A DNA stretch of 35,908 nucleotides from Priapulus caudatus (GCF_000485595.1 NW_014577075.1:1-35908); one strand, 5' to 3'; shown: positions 1 to 13,160, counted from the stretch's first letter. A program made the numbers and translations. The notes: generated by a model not told the origin, from the letters alone.

Positions 1-1959
1 CCCAGTCTTCGAACACCCGAACCGTTTTGAGAGCCCCCCCAAAGTGTGCAAATAATATCAACGTCCAATCTGGTGACGCTCAATCCCTGTCAGCCACAAA
101 ACTCAATTTTGTCAGCTCATGCATGTATTTTTTTTTTTTCGATTTGTGCCACATACATAACCGTTGGCGACCACGAGCCATGGTACCGGAAGGGCACCAT
201 TTGGTCAGCCAACATGGGCTGGAGAAATTGTCAGCTAAGTTAAAGAATCAAAGAAATTCTGTGCGCGAGAACAAGGTGACATTCTATGACTAACACGTGA
301 GACCACCCGAACGCGCAATCCGATTAAGCTATCGAGTTAAGCGTTACACATCGAGGTAGCTAAAAGGCGATTATGTAGCGTCTAACAACAACACCCGATA
401 GGATTATTACCGATGTTAATCGAGTGCATTACGGACGGAGCGATGCTGCGTGCGTGTGTCGCGTGCGGTGCCGTGTCGTTCGTGCGTGCGTGTTGGCGGT
501 GCGTGTGCACGTATCGCTGCAGTGCGTCGTAGGCGGGCACGAATGCTGCTGCAGGCGAGTACACTGGTGCGTGCCATTGAGTGTTCACGTCACATACCGT
601 GGCGAGTGTCATCTGGAGTGCAAGTCTCACGTCAACTAGCTCGAGCGATTGGCAGCATCTGCGGGAGAGAGTCGTAGCGCTTGTGCGACGGTAACAACAT
701 GAAGTGCGTCGCCATCGGCGTCGCGTGCGTGCATTCGCAGTGCACACGTACAAGCACAGTGTGCTCGCGTGCGACAGCGATTCCAATAAGCTGTGTGCAT
801 GTGCCCTCCATGCTATCTGATTAGGCAGTATACTCTGGTAGTCGTTACGTGTCGCGCTATTAGCCTGGAAGTGTGCGTGCGTGGGCTGCAGTGTGCCACA
901 AGTACACTATCATTGTGCGGCTTGCCAGTCGCGTGCGGAGGCGTTGTGGTAAATCGTACAAATAGGAGAAATTCTGAATGGATTAATGCACACTATTATT
1001 TTCAGTGCTTCATGGCTTGCGTCAGCGTTGCACTCACAGCTGTGTGGCATCTCGCGTTACGTGGTGCGTTAATTATGGTCAAGAGTGCAGGTAATACAAC
1101 AAATAGAAAAAGGCTCTACCGTGCAAAGTGTTGCACGTTATAATAAAGTCTGGTCTTCACAGAACACAGAGTAGGAAATTTAAGATTATTAACAATTAAC
1201 GCGGCGCTTACTGTTAAGGATCGGCCATCTTCAAGCTCAGCGAGTAGACTCCCCTAGAGTCAATGGTAGAGAATACAGAGCCATCTTTATTCCTCTGTCC
1301 TTACCCACGAGAGCCGGTTCATTGCGTCGTCTAGGTCATGGGGTGTGTCACCGATGGGGGGCGGTGGGCCCGGGGGTGACTGTCTTATCCAGATAGCCGA
1401 CTTACAGGATTCACAAAGCACAGTTCGGAGCGAAATGCGTCGTCGCAAATAGTCGCACAGTACATTGGCGGCATGGCGTGATAAAGCTAGTGCGAGCGCA
1501 CTGAAACATGCGAGTAGTCTAAGCGCAAACGAACGCAGTGAGGTTCACTGTCCATAACAACAGTCGGTCTGGAATAACTAGGCGTGCGGGTAGCGAGAGT
1601 GTCTTGGACAACTGGTACCGACACGGCATCGTGGTGGAACCTTTCATTATTGTTTTTTATCGCATTTTAGCCAATGATTTCTATAAGATTAAAGTCTTAC
1701 TGTGGATGTATCAATAAGGTTATAAGCAAGGCTGAGCGAACAGAAGAACGCGCGTGCGAACGGCATGCGTTGCCAAGCTTTGTAAAAACATAATATTTAT
1801 AGTATAGTGCGATCCAGGCATAACATCCGTCATGATAACATATTTTTATATCGAGCGCGGACACAGGACGGTACGGATTTGTTCCGTAGAGTGGTGCATA
1901 CAGGCCACTAAGAGAGTAATAACCAGAATACATACAAACACAAGCCACAATGAGATCCG

Positions 1960-2945
1960 TTTGCACCGCGTGTGCTCGCGGCGGTTGGTGAGTCGTGTGT
2001 GCATGTGCCACGTCTAGAGCGTGCGTCTCGCGCTGCGTGCGGTGTGTACCTAACACTGCGTGATGGCGTCTGCGTGCTAAGCGTGCGCTACAGTACACCT
2101 GCGTGCATAGTGTCGACAGTGCGGCAGTGTGCACGTACAGTGCGTGCGTGCATGTGCACGGTACACGTGCGTGCCGCGCGGTGTGCCTAGGTCACACCGT
2201 GCGTGCATCGCTGCGTAGGCCGATCCCGCGTGTGTGCCCACAGTGCCGTCAGTGCACGCGGCACCGCTTTGCGTGCGTGCGTGGTGAGTGTGCTGCGGTG
2301 GCATGTGCACGGTAGACGATGCGTGCGTGCGTCCGTGCTGCTACCTAACACGTGCGTGCATGCGTGGTGTTGCAGCTACACGTGCGTGCATCGTGTGAGG
2401 CGTGCGTGTGCAACGTACAGTGGGCGTGCGTGCATGTGTCACCGTCGTGCGCGCGTGTGCAGGTACAGACGTGCGTGCATGCGTCGCGTCGCGTGCGTCC
2501 GCCCTGTTGTTGTGCACGTACACGTGCGTGCGTTCGCGGTGTGTGCCGTGCTGCATGTGCACGTAGACGTGGGCGGTGGCGTGGCGTGCGTGTGCATACA
2601 CGTGCGTGCAGTGCGTGCGTGCTGCAGTGTGTACCTACAACGTGCGTGCATGCCGTGCTGTGCACGTGAACACTGCGTGCATTGCCGTGCGTGCGTCCGT
2701 CGTGTGTGCACCGGTAACACGGCGTGCGTGTCGTGTGTCGTGCTGTGTCCGCGTGTGATGCGCAGCGTGGTGCAGCGTACACCGTTGTGGTGTTCCGTGC
2801 GTAACTTGTGCACGCGTACACGTCTGGTGCATGTGTTGGCGTGTCGTGCGTAGCGTGGCGTGGCATCCATGTGACCACGTAGAGGCGGCATGAGCTAGTG
2901 TGCGTCGCGGTGCAATACACGGTGCGTGCGTGCGTGCGTGCCGTA
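1960..2945. repeat. Degenerate (GTGC/GCGT)n low-complexity tract
   Basis: Dense irregular GTGC/GCGT/GCAC motifs; similar sequence at about 445-800. Confidence 0.85.
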
Positions 2946-2989
2946 AACGTAGATCGTACTAAGGTTCCGCCATCGTGGAGTTATGGTAC

Positions 2990-3192
2990 TACGCATAACT
3001 CGAGTTAAGCGTCTATACGGGCCTTAACTCGAGTTAAGGTAACGCGAAGTTGCCGTATAACACTCGATCGACCTGCGAGGTTAAGCTAAGCTCGAGGTTA
3101 CACGCTAACGCTCCGACGTTACCTTAACTCGAGTAAGGCCCCGTGTAACGCTTACACTCGAGTTAACGCGTTCGTCCCGTGTAACGAGGCTA
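2990..3192. mobile_element. Right end of a palindromic MITE-like element
   Basis: Repeated TTAACTCGAGTTAA palindromes and GTGTAACG/CGTTACAC motifs ending GTGTAACGAGGC-TAA; a related degenerate motif occurs near 330-350. Confidence 0.5.
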
Positions 3193-4070
3193 ATGTGTTT
3201 ACGTGTTTAATTTCTCAATTTTGTACTCCATCTAGCTGTGACTTGACACAGTGTCTATAATGTTCGTCAATGTTAGTAGGTTAGTTTAAACTTAACTGTA
3301 AAATGTATGAAATGAAATTTCATGCAACTTTTAATTACTATTATTATATGTCATTGATCCCCAGCATCATTTACCACATTGCCAATATTTTATTCTCTTC
3401 ATATAATGAGTGAAACAATGCGAATGGCCATGTCTGCTGTCACTGCAATACGTACAAAATGTACGTGATTAGGCCTTTTGCTTTACAGCACTGAGCATCA
3501 CGTGAGCAGAGCGCATGCAGCACATGTTTAAATTAACTAATATCCGGACAATCAAAACTCTTGAGGGACAACCATATGCTACTCTCTTGGTTGTCCTCCG
3601 GACAACCCAAAAAAAACCTTAAAATTGAGCACTGCGCCGTCTTCGATATAGTTCCAATTATATTCTTTGTCTCTGTCAAAATATATTTGTTGTCTATATA
3701 TTGTCTGTTCAATATATATTCTTTGTTTCTGCCATTCCATATTGGAATTCTCTTCCTTTCTCATTAGTTAATTGCAAATTTGAAGCTTTTTCTACTGCAA
3801 TATGCAGTGTTGATTTGTCTATTTTTCAACTTTATCTCTTTCTGTCTTTGATATAGTCCGCCCTTGACGTTGAAGACTAATTATTATGTTATGCGGTTAT
3901 GAGTTTATTGTACATGGTGACTGGCGCTCGCGTCGCTGGGTAAAGAGCATATAGAAATAATTAATAATGGTTAGGATACCTAGGATATGTCTCTATATAT
4001 TTCTATGATAAAAAGTAATCAAAATTAAATTATAAATTTATGCGGTAAAATTAGGCGTAACAAGGGTTAT

Positions 4071-4152
4071 GATTGGCTAAAAGGGGTACAATTTTACCGC
4101 GGCAAAAATCAGCAGCCGAAGCGTCGGCGCTGGGCGTCCGGTAACCGGACGC
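4071..4152 (+). promoter_or_regulatory. Putative CatSper2 proximal promoter: inverted CCAAT box and CpG-rich palindrome containing an RFX X-box-like half site
   Basis: ATTGG at 4072-4076; perfect palindrome GCGTCCGGT-A-ACCGGACGC at 4134-4152 containing GGTAAC, about 140 nt upstream of the ATG. Confidence 0.4.
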
Positions 4153-4288
4153 GTAATGACTGCAGAAAAATAATTGTTTCCGAATACGCTGGCCAACCGT
4201 AAGCGACAGCAGACAGCATTTTGTCGTGTAATTTTGTCTGTTTATTTTGTTTGGTGTGTTTAGGGAAGCTTAATAATTAGAAAGCACA

Positions 4289-7200
4289 ATGCCAAAGAAA
4301 GATACAGCGACATCAGTGGAGCTTGGGATTCTGTCTAAAAGAGCAGAAATGTTTAGATCAAAACTGATTGAAGATTTCCACTTGCTGGATAGTTTAGATG
4401 ATCACGGTAAAATGGAAGGGCCAAAACATTACTCACGAGATATTACAGGTGTGTACATTTTGTCTTTACAGTTTACATACTGTAAATTAACCAGAGCTTT
4501 AGAATCTATGCGCGTGTACACTAGGCCTAATACAGCTTAATTACATGATAAGGATCGTACCAGTGTAATGAAACAACTTCAGTTTGTTAGAACCTGGCCA
4601 CCTTGCCATATTGCATTTGTCATCCTCCACTCCAGACTAGTGACAGTGTGTTAGAAACATATGTTACATGATGTTATGTGGAATCCTAAATATATAAATA
4701 TTATGTATATTCACAAAGTTGCTTAAATTTATTATAATCCACAGAAGATAAATTGGCAAGAAAAATAATGAAGGATTCACCACATGGCCTTGTCAAGTTT
4801 CAAGTGTACTCCAGTCGCGATAAAGACAGCGTGACACACAATGACCGACGCAAGAACAGGGTGAAGAATAAAAATGCTCGATTTCCACCCATTGACTTAT
4901 GGGCTCACTGGGTGCTTAACAGTAAGGTTAATTGTTAATAAACTTAAATTTTCACGGTGAAGACTTTTTAAATAATTAACGTAAGACTTTTTAATTAATT
5001 ACCATATTAACAGTAAGAGAATAATTAGGCCATAATTCATCAGAATTTCTATATTCCATTTCTGAACATAAATATATGGCTATAGTATAAGCTATACAGT
5101 ATACTGCTAATCAAATAGCTGGAATGAATCGTATTATTAGCTCATCTGACATAGTCAGATGCAGCTTGTAGAATCGCACGATCGTCCGTCGTCCTCTTGC
5201 CGGCCGAGCGTTTGTGGTCTCTTTTTTGCGAATCGATTGGGCACATAATCTTAAACCGCGTCTGATCGTACGTTCACGATAGTTTGGTGCAGCATTTGGG
5301 GGGATCTGTTCAAATCGAGTTGGGGCTTGTCGTATTAGCTTGGGGTCAATTAGGCTATAGGTTCAAAAGGTGCCAAAGAAGGGGAAACATTCACTCTTAA
5401 ACTAAGGTATAGGAGGAAATTGCAGAGAATTGGGCACAAATCTAAACTGCTCCGACTAGGCTTCGGATAAGTCGCTGTATAGCATCATGGTAGGTAAAAG
5501 CCATCACTGCCGAAATTGGAGTCACAGTCAAGAGGTCAATGGGCACAGGGCAATTTTAGAGCATTTTCTGAGACACATGGTCGGACGGAGGCGATTGAAA
5601 AAATTTTTTGTTTTCAGCGTCGACCTAGCATTTTATGCATTATGGAAGGACCAATGAAATCTACTTTCTGCTGACATGCGAAGAGTAATTGTCAGATAAC
5701 CTTTTGACCCTCAAGAGGTTTAAACACTGGATTTGTGAATGGTCTGTTAGAAAGAATTTCGACCTGGTTTTCAGTAGCGATCTTATACATGCTGGATTAG
5801 AGGCTACAATTCACATGTTGAAATGTTCAAAAGTCTAAATTTGGTTAAAGAAGGTTTATGCTCCCTTAAATCGTATAATTTATATGGCATTCTGTACTGT
5901 CAGTATGTTTCCATGTAACGTATCCACTGCCAGTGGCATACTGCCAGAATTGCATGTTGTAGGTAACTGTGGAGTTTTTGCTTAATTGTTAAGTGGCAGT
6001 CTCTCTATGCGCAGCCTGTAGCTTGCGCTAGGTAATGGATGAGTGCCTACCTATACTGTCTTGCAATATTGTTGCTAGCTGACGTTATGATGGGAGCTTC
6101 ATCTTAAATCTGAGACACTAACGACATGCGCATCTCGTGCACTTTCTCCCAACGATTCCCCCAACGAACCATTCTTTTGAGAAGTTCCTGGATACCATCC
6201 CTGTGCATTCCACTGTTTCGCGTGTATGTGAACCTACATTTGGGACTAATCAGGGTTTACTAGAATCCCACCACTCCACCACAGAGTCACCGCAGTAGAC
6301 GTTAGATGAGCGCTGTCGCTCTGCGGCACTTGTCTAGTTTTGCAGGATGACCTGCACCTGGGTGGATTATTATAGTGAGAAGGGTGTGTGCACTCCCCAG
6401 TCCCACTCTCTCGTCCAATACAGTGTACTAGTATTAGCATTACACTTATTATGACCAATTAGTATTACAGTATTAGTGTACTAATTGACTAATAGCGTAT
6501 ATTTTCAACAGGAAAATACCTCTGCGAGATATATTCTGCATAATTTGTTTTTGCATTTCAATTCATATAGCTATAATCTAGACTATTATATATAGCTATT
6601 GCAGTTAGTTGCATACGGATGAATAAGTATATTGCCTAATATACGTGGTGATTGTTATGCCATTACGATAAATAATTCACTTCTCTAAAAGGCTTTAGCC
6701 GTTGGCAATTTGATTCCAGAATTTATTGTGTCAATATATCTATCCCAAAAATTGCAGTGTTGCAGAGTTCTATCAATAAAACTTTTAGTGCCCATGCATG
6801 ACTTAATTCAATTCCGTGAAGTTAAATTTAATATCTCTTATAATAGGAATACTCATATCGACAGGACCACTAGAGCGCAAGTGCTGTTAGTGTTAGGATG
6901 ATACTCATTAGTCATATGGCTAAAATATAATACATTACCAATGAATTCTCACATGTGCATTTATTTATCTAACAGGTACATGGTTTAAGAATTCGATGCT
7001 GATAATCATTCTTAGTAATTCCATTGCTCTTGGGATTCAAGCAGGTATGAGCATATAAGATTTAAATCTTGCTAACACCAGTCTAGAAAAGAACACAAAA
7101 TTTGAATCAGTAATGAGTATAATTTATCATAAATTATTTATCATAAATATTTATCATAAATTATTTATTATAAATTATAAATTATTTATCATAAATTAAA

Positions 7201-10200
7201 ATTACTTATATTTATTTATCATCGTGAAATTCGATGAACTTATTCGAAGATTGAATAGCTTTTTTAATAACAAATAATTTGTGCTAATTTTTTTTATCTA
7301 GTCAATCATTTTATCCACAGAGGTCTCTACGAGTGACAATCCTGTTGTGGCCCCGCTGCAGCTTGCTCTCGACATCTTCGACTACTGCTCACTGATCATT
7401 TTCATCCTTGAGATTAAGTTGAAATGGCTAGACAACTTTTGGGGATTCTGGGGAAACGGCTGGAACATCTTTGACTTCTGCGTCACTTACTTTGTGAGCA
7501 GATTTGGTGCTTGTTAAAAAGCCAGTTTGTAAACAGCACCAGTGACACTGGTCCTTCCAATATGGTGGGCACAGTGCAAGTGTGCAGCAGCTGTAAGAAT
7601 GTCAGAGGTCACCTTTATTTATGCATAACTTATTTCTGAATGGATGATAATATTATAATCAATTATACTCATATATGAGTGTCAATGAACGTATATACCA
7701 AAACTGTACTTTGTAGCTATGTGTTTGTACCACAGAGATATAGTTCACTGTATAACTGCCACCCAAGAGAAATAGCAAAATTAAGTGCCCTTTCTATGCA
7801 GGTGTCCTTTCTATAGAAGTGACCACTGCAAGCAATGGCTCTTATATGTATCAGACTTGATGCATCATGAATCCATGCATGCACATGTTCGTTACTGGCT
7901 CGTTTGATTACATCGAAGACTGTTAATTGGTAGTATGCATTATGCGTATGCATTATGTGTCTATCACCTTTCGTTTTGCCACAGTCATTTGTACCAGAGA
8001 TCATGAGCTACTCTTCAGGAACGTTTGGCCAGCCTGGCAGCTCGGGTCTAGCTGTGGTGGCCAACAACATGCGTGTGTTCCGAATCTTGCGCTCTCTCAA
8101 GATGGTAACTCGCTTCAGGCAGATTCGACTCATTGCCCTCGCAATAACGAAGGCGTTTAAGGTACAGAATGTCGACTCAGTTGCCAGTAAATATTAGCCT
8201 GAGTTTTGTGTAATCTACCGCGTTAATTTTGCACTCAGGTTTAAGGCATTCTGACCAATATATGCTATATATGTTGAGTTTTGTAAGATATAGTATTATT
8301 AGGTATGTATGAAATGGGTAAATTGACCTGAGCACACTACCATAGGGGTATCCCTCGTGTTACACAGGAATATCAAAACCTTTGATCCAACCTGGAATCT
8401 AAACCCATAGGCGAGGCTCATATGGTTATATAGTGTTGAGATTATGAATCTAATGCACCTTTTTCCAAAGTGAATACCTTTGGGTGATCTCGTGGAACTA
8501 GAGACCCCTATATTGGAACACAGGGGTGTTGTGGTTTTGTGTCTCAAGAAATGTATGCTTGCAGGTTTGCGTGGATCTTGCATTTGTGAACTGTTGGTGT
8601 TGGACTGTAGGAGCTTGTGTTTAATCTTGCTGAGCTTTCTGAGAGTCATAGTTGTCCTTTAATGGTCAGGTCTCTGCTCAGGTGGTTTCCCTGTATAAAT
8701 GTCATTCAAGGGAACCACCAAAATTGTCCTTTATAGACAGGTATTCATTCCATACAGGTGGCCACTATTATAAGTTTGGCTCGTAGGGTCTATGTCCCCC
8801 TGACCTCTGTTTGACCTGGCTTGTTTAGCTATTTCTGACTAACCCTAACCCTAACCGTATATATGTTATATATTATATATATATATATCTATGTTAGTCA
8901 GAAATAGCTAAACGAGCTAGGTCAAACAGAGGTCAGGGGGACATAGACCTTATCTGCATAAGTTTGACTGCATAGTGATCGTGATAGCCTGTAGCCGATA
9001 CTTGTATGTGCTTCACTCTACAGGAGATGGTCTTTATCACATTACTACTCTTCACATTTGCCTATATCTTTGCCATCGCTGGCATCATCTTCTTCGATGA
9101 CTTCACCAATTCAAAGAGAACTGACCTTATTTACAAGGATAGCTTCAGGTTTGATTACGCATGTACATGAGGGTGTAGGGGGTGAGTGCTTGTTAGAGTT
9201 ATTCTAGGTTGTTGGCATATTGGTGGGTCGGGTGTAGCTTCAATAAGGTACTGTCCACGATTACAGCTATATAACTGAACAACTATTGCAGTATACTCTT
9301 CTAATGTGAATACCCATGTTTCCCACGTAATCTAACTAGAAGTGAATGCTTTAATTGCTGTATTCCTAAGGTTACATGTTACATTATCTCACCAATGTAG
9401 ATTTATTTCAGCACCTTGCCCAAAGCCTTGGCCACCCTATTCCAACTATTTACACTGGATCATTGGTACGCTATACGCGCTGACATGGTCAAGGTGGTTA
9501 GTCCCTGGTTCACCGGGGCATATATCATCCTCTGGATCTGCATTGGATCATTCATCTTTCGTAACATCTTCGTCGGAATTATGGGTTAGTAAAATTTCCA
9601 GCCTTACTTGTTGGGGTTGAACTAAGGATTGGATTTAATTCAAAATTTAACCCAGGATTTAACTCGTGTTTTTTATGATAAATAAAATCCGACGATATTT
9701 TTCAAAGGCGCATGACAACACGTGGTGAAGCGATAGCATAGAGCTAAGGACCAGTGCTCCTGGTCTCCAGTGACAATTGTGTCAAACTCTTATTTGGATT
9801 TCTTTATTCTGCATACACAAGTTGTTGCTCCTCGTGGATTTTTTGCAGTGAACAACTTCCAGAGCATCAGAAATGAGCTGTTTGAGGAGGTGACCGAATT
9901 TGAGAACACACGACAGTTGCAGATCAAGACGGCCATGTTTAACGCAGAGCTCACCAAGCAGGGAGACAGTACGCCTGGGTATGAGCCATGCTCTGCTGAT
10001 TAGTCCCTTGTCCTCTTATTGGTCTTGATATGAGGAAGCCCATCCAGAGATTCTGGTTCTGTCTTGCTTGGTGCATGCCATCAATCAGTGTTCTAGTCTT
10101 GGTGGGAGCCCACGCCATCATCATTTTTACGATTTAGGAAGATTGAATCACTTCACTTATCCGTGTTGCAACCTTGCTATAAAATCCTTCCGGCGCCTTC

Positions 10201-12856
10201 ATACGCATAGCGTATAGCTACAGGCGCATAGGGCGGTGCCTATCTCCGTTTCAGTAACCCTGAGGCCCCGCAGCTGCTTTCACAGTAAATGCTACAGTAG
10301 GGGGTTAGTCCCCTGTAGCACTGCGAGTTAACTTGCCACACTCTATCTCTATTTGCTGAATGCTAAGCAGAGAAGCCGTGTGTACTATTTTTCAAGTCTT
10401 TGGTATGACCCGGCCGGGAGTTAAACCCCCGACCTTCCACATACGAGGCGATACCTTGCCTCATCCCACCAACCTTGCTATACTAATGCTAAATTACTAA
10501 TGCCCATGCAATTTAGTAAACAAGTACAAATTATTGTGCGATCTTGAATTGGCCAAGGAGTTGTGGATATATCCAATCAAAGACTGAACACAAGACGGGG
10601 AAAACACTGACTAGCAACAGCAGGCGTACTCTATGGGAGTATTCCTGATACCCCCCCCCCCACACACACACACTCTCCCTCCATCCCTCCGTCCCTCCCT
10701 CCCTGCCCCCCCCCCTCTATCGGATGAGCACTGTCAGTCTGCAAAACTAGTTTACATGGTCTTAACTTTATCTGTTTCTGTGTGAACAAAAAAAATAATC
10801 AAGTGGTCAGCTATAGTCAATGACCAATTACTGCTATGTTTGTTCAGTGGGAGCTCATCTGCATCAAAAGTCAATTCTCAGTCCAATGAACAGGGAAAAG
10901 ATACTGCAGAGCATGGAGCAAATGAAACGTGAGTTTGTAATCATGTTTGTAGTAAAACAGAAACTAACAGAAAGTTGTAAAACTGCAGCTAGCATTAATG
11001 TCTAAAATTAGCTGAATTTTATCACTTGGTGTAATATCTGATATCTTTCATATGTGTTCCTCTGTTACATATTTGCTCAAATCTGCGATAGAAACTACAC
11101 GACATTCAGGGGTGAATAATTGCGATTAAACCTTGAGATCTCAGTAGCATCTTCTGTGTGCTTAGTCTGATTGGAACCACTATGAGCACGGTTGCTATTT
11201 TAGCGATACAGGCGGGAAGACCAGGGAGAGAGCATCAATTCCTGGAGCTGAGCCGAACATCGGGTTGGTACTAAAAATGGCTTCGTGCCGCTAAAGCGCA
11301 ATGGCTTATGTCATTCCCAATTACTGGCGACCACTCCCCTAGTGGTATTATACACTGTACTCATAAAACCTGATCCTGCTAAATCCTATGTAGCAGTCAG
11401 AATTGAGTAAAACTAATTTCCTACAAAGTATAGATTAATCCATTGTATCTATATCCAAGCATCGAGAGTAATAAAGAATTTATGTGTGCCCATCATCAAC
11501 CACACTAAAGTGGATAGATTGTGTCTTGTGTGTACACTCTAGCTGGTGAGATTTATAGTAATAACATTACATTTGTTTGCTGTAGCCCTGTGAAATCAGG
11601 TCTCTTCAAACCTGATATCCAACGGCAAATAAGCCAGCACATTGTCAAGGACACGGATAGCAGTGCACGTGAGTTTTTCTATTGTCTTCCTTCTTCTCTG
11701 CCCCCTGCTTCCCTTATTTTTGCCTGCTTCCATGTTAAGTCACTGTGTAGAAGTATCTTTATGCAAAGGGGAACACACTAAGGGCGAAGGCACACAAAAT
11801 TGTCTGGGATCAGGTATATTCACTGCCTTTTTTCCTAGGAAATATAGCTTGTCAGCCAATAATCATAAACAGCTTGTATTTATCACTCCTAATTTGTTTG
11901 CGGCTGATACCTATAATGACTGAATGATTCAATGGCTGGCAGCCATATTATCAGATATATATATCTAGGCACAAATATCGAGTTGGGTTTTCTTTCTGGT
12001 TATATGGGAGTGATACTTGCTTTCACGGTTACTTTTCTATTAGCTATGCCATTTGCTTGCAATCCAACTCATTTATTTATGTATATTTAGTAGGATTAAC
12101 TGTGATTTTGTTACAAATTATGTGCAGATTGGGACACGCTAGTTCAGGAAAACATCGACACAATCTCTAGAAATCCGTCTGAGACACTGTGGCCGCGAGA
12201 CACCCTGTTCAAGTATCTGCAACTGATGGAAGCCCTACAAGACAACCTGGAGGAACGCATGCGTCTGGAGAAAATCATCTGTAAGCACACATTACACATG
12301 CTTTTTATTACATTACTTTACTTTACATTTACTTTTCATGCATACAGTCATTGTTTACAACTGAACCTGTCTATAAAGACTTCTCAAGGGAAATTGCCGA
12401 AACTGGCTTTTATAGACAAGATGTCTGTTCCATAGATTAGGTTGCAATGTCTTGCTGTCACTTATAAATTCTCTATATATGTTGTACTACATCCAGTGGT
12501 CTTGAACTGGTACTGGTTCCTTCAATTCATAAAAAAATCACTGATATATATCATAGATGATGTGAGAATGGCTTCACAAATATTATAGTACATAAGTGTA
12601 ACATCACAAAGATGTTTTACCTACTGCATATGACACCACAATGATGACATGTACTTGTATTAGTATTGAGTTCAAAAATCTGTTCGTCTCTATATGTGTG
12701 GCTAGCCAGAAAAGCTATCACGTTTAACGTGTAGGGTGTGCAATGTGCTGTGTGCGCTGTAAATCTTAGAAGGGTAATATTTCACGATAACTTATCGTGA
12801 ATTTGTTGTTTATTATTTTGGCAGGTGAGATTCTACTGCAGGTACATGACACCTGA
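4289..12856 (+). CDS. CATSPER2: Cation channel sperm-associated protein 2 (CatSper2), 13 coding exons, 530 aa
   Basis: Exons: 4289-4448, 4745-4921, 6976-7044, 7321-7493, 7985-8161, 9024-9148, 9412-9584, 9849-9978, 10848-10928, 11204-11263, 11586-11668, 12128-12280, 12825-12856. All introns are GT-AG, phases are consistent, total 1593 nt. Motifs match recalled CatSper2: N-terminal RAEMFRSKLIEDFHL, PPIDLWAHWVL, S3 WNIFDFCVT, S4 MRVFRILRSLKMVTRFRQIR, pore FTLDHWYA, S6 IGSFIFRNIFVGIMVNNFQSIRNEL, C-terminal WDTLVQEN...WPRDTLFKYLQLMEALQDNLEER. Exons 9-11 (variable linker) are least certain. Confidence 0.93.
5134..5600 (+). mobile_element. Degenerate Helentron-associated/pearl-like element (3' boundary approximate)
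   Basis: TTATTAGCTCATCTGAC-ATA-GTCAGATGCAGCT 5' hairpin followed by a TCGTCCGTCGTCC tract, typical of the 5' end of these elements. Confidence 0.5.
7120..7222. repeat. AT-rich degenerate tandem repeat (ATTTATCATAAATT)
   Basis: Direct observation in CatSper2 intron 3. Confidence 0.8.
8779..8957. mobile_element. Foldback MITE (Mutator-like, 9-bp TSD) with central CCCTAA/(TA)n spacer
   Basis: About 60-bp inverted arms GGTCTATGTCCCCCTGACCTCTGTTTGACC... / ...GGTCAAACAGAGGTCAGGGGGACATAGACC; ATAAGTTTG duplicated at 8770-8778 and 8958-8966. Confidence 0.75.
10182..10469 (-). mobile_element. tRNA-derived SINE with Meta central domain (MetaSINE-like)
   Basis: Minus strand: B-box-like GGTTTAACTCCC, then GGGTCATACCAAAGACTTGAAAAATAGTAC...CTGCTTAGCATTCAGCA, tail GAGATAGGCACCGCCCTATGCGCC. 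13-bp TSD CAACCTTGCTATA at 10169-10181 and 10470-10482. Confidence 0.8.
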
Positions 12857-13160
12857 AGCCAAGTTTGGGAGTTTGCCTGTTCCTCTTTCTCCCTGCTTGA
12901 TGAAATCTTTTATAAAGCGTTTGATTTTAATATATTAAACTGAAGTAATTATTATATTAATTTTTCTTTTCAACTTTTAATGGCCTTGTTAGTGGTTAAT
13001 AGAATTACTCTTTCAATATCAATTTGTCACTGTCGTATATACAAACGTTTTGTTGTAATTTCTTTTATTCGTTAATATATTTTGTATTATACATTCAACT
13101 GTAAGAATATTAACTTGAGTGAAAGTTGCTACAATATTAATCGAATGTATTGTAAATGTA

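Noticed and set aside
1206..1380. Possible small minus-strand exons (SPPGPPPPIGDTPHDLDDAMNRLSW; GSLLAELEDGRSLT) with GTAAG donors
   Set aside because: The implied intron is only 51 nt, no protein family is recognisable and the surrounding sequence is noisy.
382..2920. Many overlapping Cys/Val/Arg- or His/Thr/Ala-rich ORFs on both strands
   Set aside because: They arise from stop-poor GTGC low-complexity sequence with no domain or splice support; the irregularity suggests decayed repeat or low-quality consensus.
12781..12801. Palindrome TTCACGATAA-C-TTATCGTGAA near the last CatSper2 acceptor
   Set aside because: Single short AT-rich hairpin with no further support for function.
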